NCBI RefSeq assembly: GCF_006345805.1
Contig: NC_043004.1
Location: 67,394,001-67,458,000, forward strand
DNA from: Octopus sinensis
Taxonomy: Eukaryota
Length of the DNA: 64,000 nt
Direction: 5' to 3'
Below are positions 63,108 through 64,000 of this stretch, piece after piece; within the stretch, counting starts at the first letter, position 1; each line of letters begins with the position of its first letter. Both the position numbers and the translations under genes were made by a program. Under the pieces are notes generated by a model. That model was given only the letters and a program-made list of their open reading frames with translations, was not told where the DNA came from and made no database searches.

Positions 63108-64000
63108 CAAAACTTTGTCGTTCTGAGGGAGAGACACAGAAAGAGAAAGAGATCAGAGATTATGCAAAAAAGTCCAGAGAGGCAATGAAAGAAAAAGAGA
63201 ATGAATGATAGATAGCAATAATATGAAAGTACTTGAAGTAAAAATGAATGAGTGTGTATTGATTAATAAATTGTGAAAACTGGACCTAATGAAATGAGAT
63301 ATATTCTGAAGAGGGGGCAGAGAGAGGGAAGTGAGATAGGAATAGAAAAAATATGAGGTAATGAGAGGAAAAGCGAATGAGAAATATCCAATACACTGTT
63401 GGAGAGAGTTACAAAAAATACAGAAAAGATGAAATAAGAACAGTGTGAAAAATACTTTAAAGCACATACAGGGAGTGGATAAAAAGGAAAGAGATGGGGG
63501 CATTGAAGAAAGACCATAATTAAGATATAGGAAATAGGAATAAAATTAAAATTTCCTTGGAGAATATAATACATCTCGAGTAACAGATGTTTTTATTCCC
63601 GAGATTTTTATGCGACTTATTTTATACATTTCAACATTAATGTATACCACAAAATCTTGCTGTTCGTGTACACCGAACATATCCATTTTGTGTGTTAATG
63701 CAGTTTTAATATATTTAAATATATTCTCGTATATTTTATTGTTATACTGGTGGAGGCATATTTAATAATAATGAAAAAGCAAAAAAAAGTTGAAATTTAT
63801 TAAAGAAAACCATATATTTAAATGTGTTTCTCTCAGGGTGTCCATTCAGACAGTTTACATTGACATGGTAAGGTTTAAACTAACCCATGTTGTGCAGTAA
63901 ATTTATTCTACCACGCAGTCAGGTACAAGCTGAACAATATTTATAGACAAAATTCGTAACTATGCACTCTGTTTACTTATTTCTGGAAGCAGATGGAAAT

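Overview
AT-rich, microsatellite-dense animal genomic DNA with no recognisable host protein-coding gene, so probably intergenic or a very large intron. The repeat landscape looks like a coleoid cephalopod, most likely Octopus; this is inferred from recalled repeat consensi, not from a search. The window is a mosaic of four things. (1) tRNA-derived SINEs, including a modular set in which two heads combine with three tails. (2) Decayed retrotransposons: Penelope-like elements (PLEs), R4/Dong-like, RTE, CRE-like, CR1/L2-like and Gypsy. (3) DNA transposons: mariner, Tc1/maT-like, MITEs and Helentron-type non-autonomous elements. (4) Long simple repeats, which generate nearly all ORFs in the supplied track. 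The most notable signal is a set of hammerhead ribozyme (HHR) motifs. One is a structurally complete type I HHR (11243-11328) in the terminal repeat of a 5'-truncated PLE. An inverted copy of that repeat forms a ~165-bp foldback and has a mutated catalytic core. At least four further minimal or variant HHRs lie in short, ORF-less, microsatellite-flanked repeats. All structures were folded by eye, and element boundaries are approximate (about 10-30 bp) unless stated to the base.
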